From Polymyxa betae A26-41 (lineage: Eukaryota > Protista > Endomyxa: Phytomyxea), in contig RBZT01000462.1 in NCBI GenBank assembly GCA_003693705.1, positions 1-33,110 of the forward strand: 33,110 nt of DNA. The letters are read 5' to 3'. Numbering within the stretch: the stretch's first letter is position 1; every line of letters starts with the position of its first letter. Both the position numbers and the translations under genes were made by a program. Of this stretch, positions 12,901-24,900 are shown one piece after another. The notes under the pieces were generated by a model that worked only from the letters and a program-made list of their open reading frames with translations, made no database searches and was not told where the DNA came from.

Positions 12901-14399
12901 ATGCCTATATTAACCCGCCTATCAATATCACCGAAATGGAGACGTCGAGCCACCTTCCATACCATATCGCTATCCATGATACTCACTCTAGCTCTCATAC
13001 ATCTATTCCAAGGGCGTACTGGTCCCCATCCCATTCTATTCACCGAACGTGATACTGACAATCCCGTCATTGCTCGATATCGCTCTGTCTATGCTCATCA
13101 GATGTCGTTGCCTGTATCCGAACGTCGCTATTTAATATTGGAATTAGAAGATGAACAGTTAGGTTGGGGTAATCGGGTTGAAGCCATTTCTGGCGCCTTC
13201 TATCTAGCGCTCAACACATCGCGTATTTTCCTGATACGGAATCATGCACTCTGGCAGGCGTGCTTCGATTCCGACCCGGCCGCGCCGATCCAGTACGACC
13301 GGCACCGGGCCGATCTCGAGCCGAAGCCGCACCTGCGCCTGTCCGATGCCCGTTACGGGACGTTTCTCGATACGGATTGGAAGCAGTGGGAGTCGCGGCT
13401 GCTGCAGAACGCGTCGGTGGTCGTACTGGACTCGGCCCTGACCCGACCTGTGGTGTATGCTAGTGAGATCTGGGGTGATGAACATGGGTTCTATACAGGC
13501 ATGGGCCAGATTGTGTCGTATCTGACATTGTATCCGACCAATAATATGAGAGAAGGTATAGAGAGAGCAAGGATCAGGTTCAATATAACAGATGTTAGCA
13601 AGGGATTAGCTGTTATACAGATGAGAACTATGTATGATGATCCAGATAATTATCAGCGGGCCATGCAGGTATTCGACGAAACAAATTTTCAGAAATTTTT
13701 CAGAAGTTATTCGAATTTGTTGTTAAATTTCTTATTAAAAACTGTATTATGCCCCAAATTTCTGTGATTTTAGAAATTATTTGAATATTTGTCAAAATTT
13801 TGTTGCTAAAACCGTATCATGCCCAAATTTTCAGAAATTGTACTGAAATTATTTGAATACTTGTCAAATTTTCTTATTGAAAACTGTATCATGCCCAAAC
13901 TTGTGATAGAAAGAGTTTTTTTAACCAAAGTGTGTAGTTTGCTGCAGGGTTTTTAGGGTTTCAAAAATTGTTTGTTTCTTCTAGAATGGTGCTCGTGCTT
14001 CTCATTCAATATAATGCTGTTTAGGCTCCGAAACAGTCCGCGTTCTGGGTTTGTGCAGCCAAAGCCTTCACGGGACTCGATCCCGATCATACCGAGATCA
14101 TCTTCACCACCGATGAACCGGCCTTGAACTCCGTGGCTGTCGATCTGATGGGCCAGTACGGCCAGGTCCGTGTCAGCCCAGGTCCAGTGATCCATACCGC
14201 GGATGTCAAAGACGGCCAGTTTCCCGACCCGATCGCAGACTGGTGGCTGATGGGCCAGGCCGACCGTCTCCTATGTACTGGAACCAGTTTCTGTCATACG
14301 GCCGTCTGGAGATCCCGCAGTCGTGCTAGCCCGCACTTCTGGATTCTCTTCAATCTCTACAGAACATCGAAGACGATCTGTCGTAATATTGATGCATGA
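12901..14399 (+). CDS. Type II membrane fucosyltransferase-like glycosyltransferase (alpha-1,2/1,6/O-FucT superfamily)
   Basis: Exons 12901-13668 and 14025-14399. N-terminal TM, GWGNR motif, motif I (AVIQMRT), motif II (IIFTTD), motif III (DWWLMGQADRLLCTGTSF). Confidence 0.78.
13700..13900. repeat. Tandem repeat (about 70 nt x3) in the fucosyltransferase intron
   Basis: Unit GAAATTATTTGAATA.TTGTCAAA.TTT.TT...AAAAC.GTATCATGCCCAAA repeated three times. Confidence 0.88.
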
Positions 14400-16399
14400 T
14401 CTTTTAGATAGAGATAAAATCACTGTTTATTATATGTTCGTGATAGAAGCCCATCTAACAATCTATAGCGATATTCGAAGATTGCAATCTGCGAATGAAC
14501 AATCCCCAACGTCCGCTTGATCGATTTCATCCATGCTGCCGATCGTGGCTTTGGTCCGCGTCAAATTGCGGACTTGCGGTCTGAATACCGTATAATCTCC
14601 GTACGCCGTCCCCTTTTGTGTATCAAACATGTGTACCAAGTCTTTGAAACTGAAGATCGGAGTTCGAGTCTTCGTGACGGAGCCTGTTTTTTTTTCATCT
14701 TCCGCCTTATTCTATGATTCTTCTTAAGAGATATTTGATGCAGATTTTTTTGCAGGCGATTGCGCACATCAAGAGAGGACAGTTCTAATGTTTCCCCAAC
14801 GTCACATATTGATCTTTCACAGCCACTTTTTTCTCATTAACCCGCATTGTCCTCTTGATGATAACCAGTACTTGGAGCTGGCAGAATCATAACCTCCGTG
14901 AATATCAAAATTGTCATCTCTTCGCAATTCTACTCAATTACAGGGCGGTTCAGCTGCAGGTATGAACCTTTGGAAAGGAACATCTATAAGCATGATGATC
15001 CCTCTGATTTGAGAGATTCCGACTTGTATACAAATGACAAAGTGATCGTTTAATGTGCAGCAGTATATATCGAGTTAATGGTGATGCAAAATGGCATTGA
15101 TTTTGTTGATGAGGTTATGGCAATCATCGTTTAAATAATACTGGTCCAGGTACCATCGGTATCGTTGCCGGCATTGATCCCCATCCAACATCTCAAAGTA
15201 GAGCGATACATTGTTGGTCTCATGAAATTCCAGAAGATGTCGGTCTACCAATGCCTTATTGCGAATAAATTGGTTTAATTTAATCGACTGGGAATAGAGC
15301 TTTAAATATCGCTCCCATATGTAAGATGGTATATTTCATAGTATGATTGCCATTCGAACCTCTGCTTGCGTAAATGCTCCATAAAATATTCTCCAATCTG
15401 GAGCTCGAGTATCCACAGCAGATCAATATTTCCCATTGGGAATTTGCGATTGGAAAACGGATGCTGCACTCTTGGAGATCTTCGCCAAAAGCTTTCGTAG
15501 CTTTTGGTACCGTTCATGGTAAGCGTCTCTTAGCACGCGCACATTACAGTATAAACTATCTCTCATCTCATATCGAACATTGAAATCGCTTTGCAGACGA
15601 GGTTGTAGCAGATACATTATTTCTGGTCTATCATTCTTCCAAACAATTTGATTATGATAAAAATCCGACATCGTTAATCTGATTCGCTATAGATTGTCTT
15701 TGTCAATCTCAGATGTTCAAACACGTCCGCTTTCAACAGCAAGGTTGACCTACATCCCCTTTTAACAAACCGTTGGTTCATGGCAGAATTATTAACAAAG
15801 TCGGGATTGGAATATCCGAACGTGATCCGCTGGATAACAGGAGTATTCGAATTGAGAAAATCCGTCTATCATTGCAACAGGATATTGCATGACTCCCTTC
15901 TGAAAATTACATTTAGATTTAAGAAAGATTTCAGAGCTTTATCTGCCAATATGATAGCCCTCACTCAGACCTTTATAACATGTCTTTCGATGGAATATTC
16001 AATTTCATCAGATTAAGAGGAATCTTCCCTTCCTGTACCCGATAGACTGTCAAGAAGATTACAGATTAACTGACGGCCTTCAATCTGACAAAAAGAGCTG
16101 GATTTGGTTCGACTAAAATGCAAAACTTATCATTTTCGGGATTATGCCTTTTTGCTGTGTTTTTTTCAATCAGAAACTTTCCCAAACTATTGAAGGAAGG
16201 TTTCTTTATGGGATAACTTCTGAACGATCCAAACGATGACAAAACCCATTCGTAACAGCATATTCCGATGTCAAATAAATCCCATGAAAGTCCCCGTTGG
16301 CCAAGCCTGGCGAGCCGCTGGTTAGGGTTTAGGGTTTCGCATTCGAGACTTTCTCTCTCCGTCGTACAGTGTGTCCAGCATCATCCTTTTATAAGGTTG

Positions 16400-18087
16400 A
16401 TGTCGTCGTCACGTCTTCATGGCGGCTATCATTCATCAGTGCTGCGTTCATGGCAGTCGGCCGGGACCCAGGTTAACGCCGCCGACCTGGTCCTGCCCGT
16501 CTTCGTCACCGACTCGGCCGACGATGCCGTTGAGGATATCGCCTCCATGCCCGGTGTGAAACGATTCGGCGTTGGTAGACTGGTTGAATTTATAGGACCG
16601 CTTATTGATTTAGGTATCATTTAACGTGTTCACATCACTCTTATGATCGATCTTCACATCACATGTTTGCTGTTTGAAACGTCCATCAACTTCTCATAGT
16701 TTTAAATTTCATGTTTCTGTTTTTTATTATCCTTTTTCCAGCTCTCTTCTCACTGCCGATTTTCTTCATTTTTGCTCCATCTTTCATTGATTCCTGGCTT
16801 CTGAAGGATAATTCTGGGGTCGATTTCATGCACAACATTTCTCAGATTGTTTCCAGGGCTGCAATCCGTTCTAATCTTCGGCGTTCTATCAAGCCCTGCC
16901 TCCAAGGATCCCGAAGCCACATGCGCTCTGGACCGGTCTGGGCCAGCACCACGCGCGATCCAGCTTCTCAAGCAGGCGTATCCGAATCTGATTGTCATCG
17001 CCGACGTCTGCATGTCAGAACCGTTATCCGCGCTTGTTGTCTGTATCGACAAGATTGGTGTTCAGGTGTCCATATTCGAGCCATGGTCATTGTGGATATC
17101 TTGATGATGATGGTCGTATCGTGAACGAACCAAGCATAGCTCGTATGGCGGACATTGCTGTGCTGTACGCCGAATGCGGCGCCGATATCGTCGCTCCCTC
17201 CGACATGATGGATGGTCGTGTGAAGGCCATCAAAGATAAACTTCAGCAGTAAGCCTCGTCATTGGTAGTTTCTTTTAGATTTTTTTTCTGAAATATTCAA
17301 CAGAAGTCAGATAGTTGTTTCTATTTTCCATTTCTTATGCGGATGTTTGCCATCGTTTTCCTCTAATTTTTTGTCTTATTAGGCATCGGTATGGCTCGAA
17401 AGTGGCCGTCATGTCATATTCATCAAAGTTCGCCTCGTCATTGTACGGGCCGTTTCGTGAGGCTGCGAAATCAGCGCCTGGGAAGGGCGATCGAACTGCC
17501 TATCAGCTGCCTCCTGGTAGCAGAGGTTCGTATTTCCATCGAATATTGTTTCTATCGGCTCGTCTTTCTGCACTTTTTTTGATTTCTTTGTTTGTTGGCT
17601 TCGTTTGTCCATCCGTCCTGAACACCGTTTGATCATCTCTGGAATAGGTTTGGCGATTCGCGCTTCTCGACGCGACATTGTCGAAGGTGCTGATTTCGTG
17701 ATGGTGAAGCCTGCTCTGTGGTATCTGGATGTTATACGAGATATTGCTAATGAGTCTTCTTTACCTATTGCTGCATATCAAGTCTCAGGAGAATATTCCA
17801 TGATTTATCATGCTGCCAAATCGGTCCGTATCAGGCAATTTCTTCTGTTGTTTTTTTGTTTTAGAGGGTTAGGAGCTCTTAAAATAATCTATTTTTTTGT
17901 TTTTTTTTCCGATTTTCATGTTTTTTTTTATCTGTATCTCATTGTGTCATTACAGGGTTCGCTTGACCTCAAAGCGGCTGTTATGGAATCTTTGACGGCA
18001 TTAAAACGTGCCGGGGCCAGTATTCTGATCACGTACTTTACACCCGAGATCCTGTCCTGGCTCTCCAATCTCGAACGTGTTCCGTAG
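16400..18087 (+). CDS. ALAD: Delta-aminolevulinic acid dehydratase (porphobilinogen synthase), 6 exons
   Basis: Exons 16400-16613, 16857-17013, 17066-17248, 17383-17525, 17648-17823, 17957-18087. Motifs [60 protein letters not shown]. Confidence 0.96.
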
Positions 18088-18429
18088 TCTGCATTGATTA
18101 ACACTCTTGTGACTATAGTAATCTGTATTCCTATGCAGTGTAATAAACTGTTGCAAACCATCTTTCATCTTGAGGATTTCGTTCACCAGCAGGTCGTGAA
18201 TCTTCTGGTATTTTATATCAGCAGATTTCTGGTTAATCAATGTCCTGCCTTCCCTTTGTGATATTTTGGAGCTATTTTAATCTTGTATCGCGATTAATTT
18301 TTGAATATTTTCTGACGGATTCGAAGATGTGATCTGGTCATGCTCTGATATTCATCGGATTGCTCAAAACCACCAACAGCATCGTCGTTTATCAGTCATA
18401 CAATGTCTAAATCAATAAACGATATTTAG

Positions 18430-19400
18430 GACCAGATGCCTTAATAGATGCGTTATTTTATACATCTGATGCAGCAGACGTAACTTCGTCTGTGAAGTGT
18501 CGGGTCCGAATTGTGATCTGATTTTAGACTTTGTGGAAGTTGAAGCAGGCCTGGGCCAGTATATCTTCCTTCCATCACATTCTGCAACTGAAAACATATA
18601 GCAAACTGTTTGTAGGAGCATACTGCATCACGATTGCTTGTTAGATTTTGCTGCAACTCCGATCTAATTGTTGACTTGATTCTGGCTCGAATCTCCTACA
18701 AAGTCGTCATAAATATGGAGCAGCGTTATCAAAGAAAAGTCTACCTGCGATGTCCATGGAGCTGTTCCCATACGAGTATATTTTCGAGTCTATTTTCAAC
18801 TGAACATTCAAAAGCCAAGAAATGTTTCGTGGCCTTGAGCCCATCCGGATGTTGAAGCATTTGCGAAATGTTTGAGGAATTCTGAGAATTTATTGATCAA
18901 GTTTCATGCCGCAGTCGAGGCTCTTCTGATTGCGAGTTGCATCCGATCCATCTAATTGGATTTCTCTAAAGCGGATTATACATCCGAATAACAATCTGCG
19001 GAAACCGATCGCCATCACGAATTTGACGAAATCGGAAGATCATAACAGCCAGCGCTGTTACTCAGCAACTATCAAATATCAAGCCCATGATCTCAACATA
19101 ATCAGAATACAAGAAATCATCGGTGCGCAAGATCACCGAGATCCGCCCAGGGGATAGTACGGCGAGGACGGCCACAGAACCGAATTTGATCATACGGAAT
19201 GGATTCCATCCAGGGAGGGCGTGATATTACTCAGTTAGAATTGCAACGGGCGCTAGTCTGATGCGATGCCGGAAAACGGTATCCAGAATCGGGCCAGTAC
19301 GAGTCCGTACATGGACAATGATCTGTTCGGATTCAGACGATATCTTAGATTGAGATTTGGTTGATGAAACAGTTGGCTGTAGCCCGATAGGAACCTATGC
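18430..19400 (-). pseudogene. Decayed 7TM-RGS paralogue (body)
   Basis: Broken minus-strand peptides match the 10771-12333 gene in order: NCFINQI~KCWINEL, MYGLVLARFW~MYILLPARFW, RFRQIRDG~KLRHVRDG, LQHPDGLKATKHFLAFECSVEN~LQNPDGFEAMQRFLTLEFSVEN, IYDDFVGDSSQNQVN~IYDVFIRERSPNEVN, LRLLHQMY~LKLLRQLY. Many stops and frameshifts. Confidence 0.82.
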
Positions 19401-19426
19401 AATAAGACAACTAATCTAATGATTCT

Positions 19427-20892
19427 CAGGGGTCGGGAAAATACTATTTATGATTGATTCCTTGCCAAAGCTGAAAGGGGATAATTCCTGACTTCGTTCC
19501 AATCGACGGAATTAATCATCTTTCTTCGGTAATCAATAAGAAAAAATTTATTATTTGACGATTAGCATTTTCTATCGCATTTGAATAATAGGAATATGCT
19601 GTAATCAAATGCTGCTCCGCTCCCAAGCGCCGGGCAAATAATTCATGATGGTTGACATGAAATATGCTGCCTGGTCAGAAACAAATATTTTCGAGTGTCC
19701 AAAGAGAGAACGCGACTGTAGTAATGAATCTACAGTGGTATCACTATTGGGAATAATAACAGGTTCCAATAAAACCAAACCCGAAAAATCGTCTCTGATC
19801 ACAAAGATTCATTGATAGTTTACCGAGCTCCTTGATTTAGAAGCAACATATAGATAATCAAAATGCAAAACCTCATTTGGCTTTGTACCATGTCATGCTG
19901 CTCCCAGGGGTCGATTGATTTGTTGGGGTATTGATTTACGTGAATTTAATTATATAATCCACCATATCCCAGGTGAAAACAATATTCGGGCTGATCTACT
20001 TTCATGTAGCAGGTCTTTTTAATGATAGCCCGACCGTCCAAGTTAGTCGATTAAAACATCAGATGATGACTCGGTTGTCGATCCAATCACCATAGTACAC
20101 ACGACTACTCGTGTGCAACCTTAAAATTTTAATCTGGCCAGACCTTAGTCCTATCTGATACAGGAGCAGAGTCTCCACCGTTCTCATGACAGCTTTGCTA
20201 AGAACTCAGATGGACTTATGAGTACGAATCTGATTTGTCGCCTATGCATCATAGCACATTCTGGATGTCATTGTGGACATTTATCTACAAAAGATACATG
20301 ATCTCTGTTACAAAAGTGGGTGTACTGGATTGGAATGGAGCAGGATGTCAAGGCTATCTGCACATTTTGCCTGCAAAGAGTGAATTTTGTTTCTACCCCA
20401 AAACACCACCATGCAGTCTGACCACTCTATCTGCCTTCGTGTCGTGCTCCGACAGCATGGCGCGGTCTCCCAAAGTCCTGGTCGTGGCGGTATGCGGCCG
20501 GACTCACGCCGTGGTCGCTTAAAGACTGGTCGCGGCCTCCTGACATGGTCGTCACGCACCTTCTTGTCCGTCGACAAGACACTCTTGTTTTTGTAGCCTC
20601 TACAAAAGATGTTGCTCCTGTGACTCTTTCTCTTTTTGTTATTCATAGTAATTTTCGAATACACACGAAAAGTCTCATTCCGCTCACCTTTAGCAATCTT
20701 TGGGATCTGACACTTTTCCACTCCGACTTACCAGAATCCGATTAGAATAGCTCTAAAAATTGTTCCTTCCGTATCCAAGAATAATTTCTTTTATAGAGTC
20801 ATTCCCAGAATTATCCCATTGGGAAATTCGAAATTATTTATTGTCAGGAAGGACTAAGAATAATTCCTTACCAAGAATCTCCCGACCCCGTG
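19427..20892. mobile_element. Non-autonomous hAT-like TIR element with cargo
   Basis: Ends CAGGGGTCGGGA / TCCCGACCCCGTG, flanked by 8-bp near-identical direct repeats ATGATTCT (19419-19426) and GTGATTCT (20893-20900). No transposase. Confidence 0.7.
19605..20380. mobile_element. Scrambled Ty3/gypsy pol fragments (RNase H end, integrase)
   Basis: Plus strand: YIIHHIPGENNIRADLLS (about 19951), RLCIIAHSG..GH, YWIGMEQDVKAICTFC. Minus strand (about 19930-19605): KPNEVLHFDYLY, IRDDFSGLVLL, FVSDQAAYF. Confidence 0.8.
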
Positions 20893-21053
20893 GTGATTCT
20901 AATCTCTGCATATGGAATATCCTGATTCTTTACCACCATATGTATTGTACGAAGACGTCATCTACAGCCACTAAAAGGATGTGCTCCCTGATTATTGGTA
21001 ATGTTACATGACATATTCACATGATATATCTGAAATTAAATCAACAATATAGT
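20893..21053 (+). pseudogene. Exon 1 plus intron 1 of a 7TM-RGS paralogue
   Basis: VILISAYGIS*FFTTICIVRRRHLQPLKGCAP*LL|GTAATG matches exon 1 of the intact RGS gene (MAIYGIVLL...KRRLIQPLKVRDPYLL|GTAAC), including the intron position. Confidence 0.72.
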
Positions 21054-21799
21054 AACATCTCTTTTCGTGGCATTCTTAAAGACCACTCCTTTGCCTCTCT
21101 AAATATACAGTACATACTAGAAAAAATAATAATATGGACAAGAATGAAATGGACTGTGCAACAATCGCAATGTGGAAGGTCGTTTTGGTCTGGCGGCGAT
21201 GAAGCCGGTCAGCGACTTCAGGAAAGCGTTGCTGAAATTGTTGGAGGCCTTTCAAAGGCGGTCGGGTACGGGCCGTGTTGTGCTGACGGAAGCTGGCATT
21301 GGGTGATAGGACGGGACTGTTCGAATGCAGAATCTGATCAGCAAGATGAATCAATGAATGTAACATTACACTGTGTCATGTAAACTAACAGAAAACCAGA
21401 CACATGAGCTTAATGAAGTTTTAAAGATTGTTCTTGAATGTCATAGACACTCGAATGAACTCTGCAAAACATTCGGAATTGAAAACCATAAATTTCAAAA
21501 AAAGGAAAATCTCTTGGAAAGCAGTAACATCTCACCGTCGAATGTGATCTTCTCCTTCGAGCGAGGGCTATGCGATTCTAATGCGGGCGACGTTCCATTG
21601 GACTCAAATCGAGCTCGAGGAAGGCGAGCGACTCGGTAAGCTCAACGACCTAATTGACAATCAGCGACACCAATGCGGCCAATCTGCATAGTCTCACCCA
21701 TTGCTTGAACTTGTCCTTCAAAAGGCGGTCCAAATCCGAATATTCTAGATACAAGAAATTCCACCTACAGCGATACCACGATCAGTACGATGAAAACAT

Positions 21800-21950
21800 T
21801 CGTGAGATGTAGAGAAACATAAATGTGTGAAATAAGAAATGGCTGCGAAGGTGGAAGTAGGAGTCCTGGTAGATATCAAATCGATGTCTGATTATTACCG
21901 GACTTGTGACAGCCATCAACAAAGTAATTTATTCTGATTCAATTTAATGA
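21800..21950 (+). mobile_element. Older LINE 3'-end remnant, tail-to-tail with the full-length LINE
   Basis: Its reverse complement aligns with 9392-9530 (GAATAAA.TA.TTTGTTGATG, CAAGTC..GTA.TAATC, TCCTACTTCCAC, CATTTATGTT) and hence with the LINE 3' UTR. Confidence 0.65.
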
Positions 21951-21964
21951 GAAGCCTGATCTTA

Positions 21965-24900
21965 GGATTGGATTGGATTCGACTAGTTCGCTGATTAATG
22001 GTCAACAGGCGGCGCTCTTTCCAAAACGCATGGCTGGATAATTTAGGCAAATTGCCCAAATAGATTCCAGAACCCCTACTACCAATTTCGGGGCGTTGCA
22101 GTAATTCACCCGTTTAAATAATTGCTGATCGTAAACGGCCCTATGAGCAGGACCTAAGAGAGCCTCGATAAGGTAAGGTAAGCACCCGCCCAATCCAACA
22201 GGGACTCGAACCCATATACCCTATCCTTATCTAATACTCCCCTACTGGTTTCCCAGCTTTAACCATGCGTCGCTAAATGTAACAGGCGATAGAATATGCT
22301 TTTGCTAGAAATTTTGCCATGAGTTTGGCGTGTGTATACAGTGCGTTGTTGAAGTCTGTAATGTTACTTTGTTCGTATTTCTTTCGATACTTTTTCAGTT
22401 GCTTTTTTAATTCTGTCATTTCAGGAGTTGATGTTCTATAGTCTCACTCTTTTTATTGCAGTGTCGACATTCATCGCTGGGCTCTATATTTAGATTGTGT
22501 AAATGTGATCGCGCTCGAGTGTGCCCTGTTCTTACTCTGTTTAATAGAGGGCTATCAAAGTAGATCTGATAGTCTGTATTACCATCTCTACTCTATGTTC
22601 GAGAATAACCATCTATTAGAGGAGTTCGTTTCGGGTAGTTTGCAAATCCGCTTGGCTTCACGTTTTTCAATAAATAATTATGTAGTTTTTGTCTTTCTAA
22701 CTGCTTATACATTAATTTATATGAAGAAACTAATGGGTCGTGTTCAATCAGTTCTCCATCTATTGCAGCCTGCTTGGCTAGTTCGTCTATCGCATCACTT
22801 TCTGCAATCTGTTGTGTGTGACTGGGAATAAAGTGAAGTTCGACTTCGTTTTCTTCGCTAAGTTCAGCCAGCTTTTCGGCAACATCACTTACGATAGCGT
22901 TGACGAATTTGTATTTGTATGGAAGGCATGCCAGTTGTTGCAAACAAGATAATGAATCCGTAAATATATGAATGTGTCTATTTTCTGGATACAGATCAAG
23001 TAGTGAGGTAATGCCAGATTGTAATGCGATGAGTTCTGCTTCATAGCTTGACGTCACATGTTCTATCTGTATTGAGGTGTGGATCTCAAGTTCAAATATT
23101 GTACTGTGTGGATCTGGGTCCGAGATGTGCAGTATTGAAGCAGCTCCACTTGTTATGAATTCCGTATTTAAACTGTCTGTTGAAATTTCCGTCTGTCCAA
23201 AGTGAAATATCGGAATTTGTGGGAATCAATTGGGCGTTCCCGTGTTTTTCTAATGCTTCTGCTCTGGAACTCATGTGAAATTTACATTTTGCAAGTTGTT
23301 CTAGTATATAGGATTTCACTATTACTTGTGAGCGGATATGAGCGCTATATCTCTTTGCTGTAACTTCTACAGCTCTTCTGACAAGTCCAAATGGGGTCCA
23401 TCCATCTGCTGCACACCCTTGTTCGTCCCATTTTCTATAGTCGTCTCCTAATAAATTGCCCTGAGCTTCTGCCTTCAGGACTGTTAGTGCCGAATCGGTA
23501 ATGATTTTAGCTTTCAGCGAAGGGAATTTTGAAGTTGCATGCAAAAGTGGAATTGGTGTTGACCTCATACATCCAGTGTATGCTCTCATATATTCATTAT
23601 AAGCGAGTTTTAACGGTCGTATCGTGCTCTTGATCGTGGTTTCAGCTCCAATCCATGGCGTGTAAAAGTTTAGTATTCCCCCTATGAAGGCATGACGGGC
23701 TTGGCGAAAGATTTTTTCAGGGATTCTGTATTTTCGCAGCCGTTGGATGTATTGACACCTTTTTATGATGTCTTGTGCTACTTTCTCTGTGCCTATCAAG
23801 AATGTGGATTTATTTGTTTCTTTGTTAGCAACCAGCTGTGCTCCCAGATATCGAATGGAATCTGTGGTTTTTATAATCATGTTTCCAATTTGTATGCTGT
23901 CCTTCTTATTGTACTCATTGTATATGATATGTGTCGTATCTGCGTTGATTTTGATCTTGTTTTTCTCGCACCAGATAATCATTTTTCTTAGCTGCGTTCT
24001 CAGCTGTTTTCCAACGTCGATTTTATCATATCCTATTGCCCAGCCTACTGTATCGTCTACATAAGTGTTCGTCATTTCTGGTTTCAGAGGGATGTCATAG
24101 ACAAATAGGATCCATAGCAGTACGCTGAGACTGGATCCCTGCGGGATCCCGTTCTCTTGCATTCGTGGTGCAGTTTCGTAATTTCTGTATGTCACTGTAA
24201 ACTGTCGATCTGTGAGCCAATCATATACAATTAAGTATACAGGAATCTCTAAATCTATCATCTTTCTCAATAATATGTGCTTAGGTATTCTGTCGTATGC
24301 TTTGGTGAAATCGTATAGGATCGCTCCGAACTGTTTTTGATTTCCTGCAGCTGTACCCGAATGATGCATTAATCTCATTAGTGCCTGGGCTGTAGAATGT
24401 CCTGGTCTGCAGCCAAATTGCAAACGTGGCAGATCGCGCTCTATCTCCTCTCGGATTCGAATTTGAATCATATATTCTACTAGTTTGGAAAGACTGGATA
24501 GCAGACTGATGGGTCTGAATTCACCAGGTTTCGCTTTCGGCAATGGTATTATTCTAGCAATTTTTAATTCTTTCGGTAATTACCACACTGTATGATTTGA
24601 TTGTTGATTGCTGCTAACAGTAGTTCGCTAAAGTTCTCAATTTCCATAACAGTTTTAATGAGTCGGTTGGAGATACCATCCGGGCCTTTGGCTGATTTCA
24701 GATTCGCTTTCCTTATTGCTTGGTCAAGTTCGCGTTTGGTAAATAATGGCTTTGATTCGGTCATAAATCTCCTGTTAACATGCTCTAGGTCTGTTTTAAG
24801 TAACGCTGCCTCAGCTGTTGTAGGTTTCACATCTTCTTGTCCAAAAATCTCTTGAAATTTATTTGCGATCTGGTCACATTCGTCTTCAGCTTGACTCACA

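Noticed and set aside
20388-20711. Possible solo LTR (TGT...ACA)
   Set aside because: No matching TSD and no second copy in the window.
22201-22213. GGGTTCGAGTCCC (minus strand), tRNA T-arm/B-box-like
   Set aside because: No cloverleaf or A-box around it, and the 9.6-kb copy reads GAGCTCGAGTCAA, so it is not conserved.
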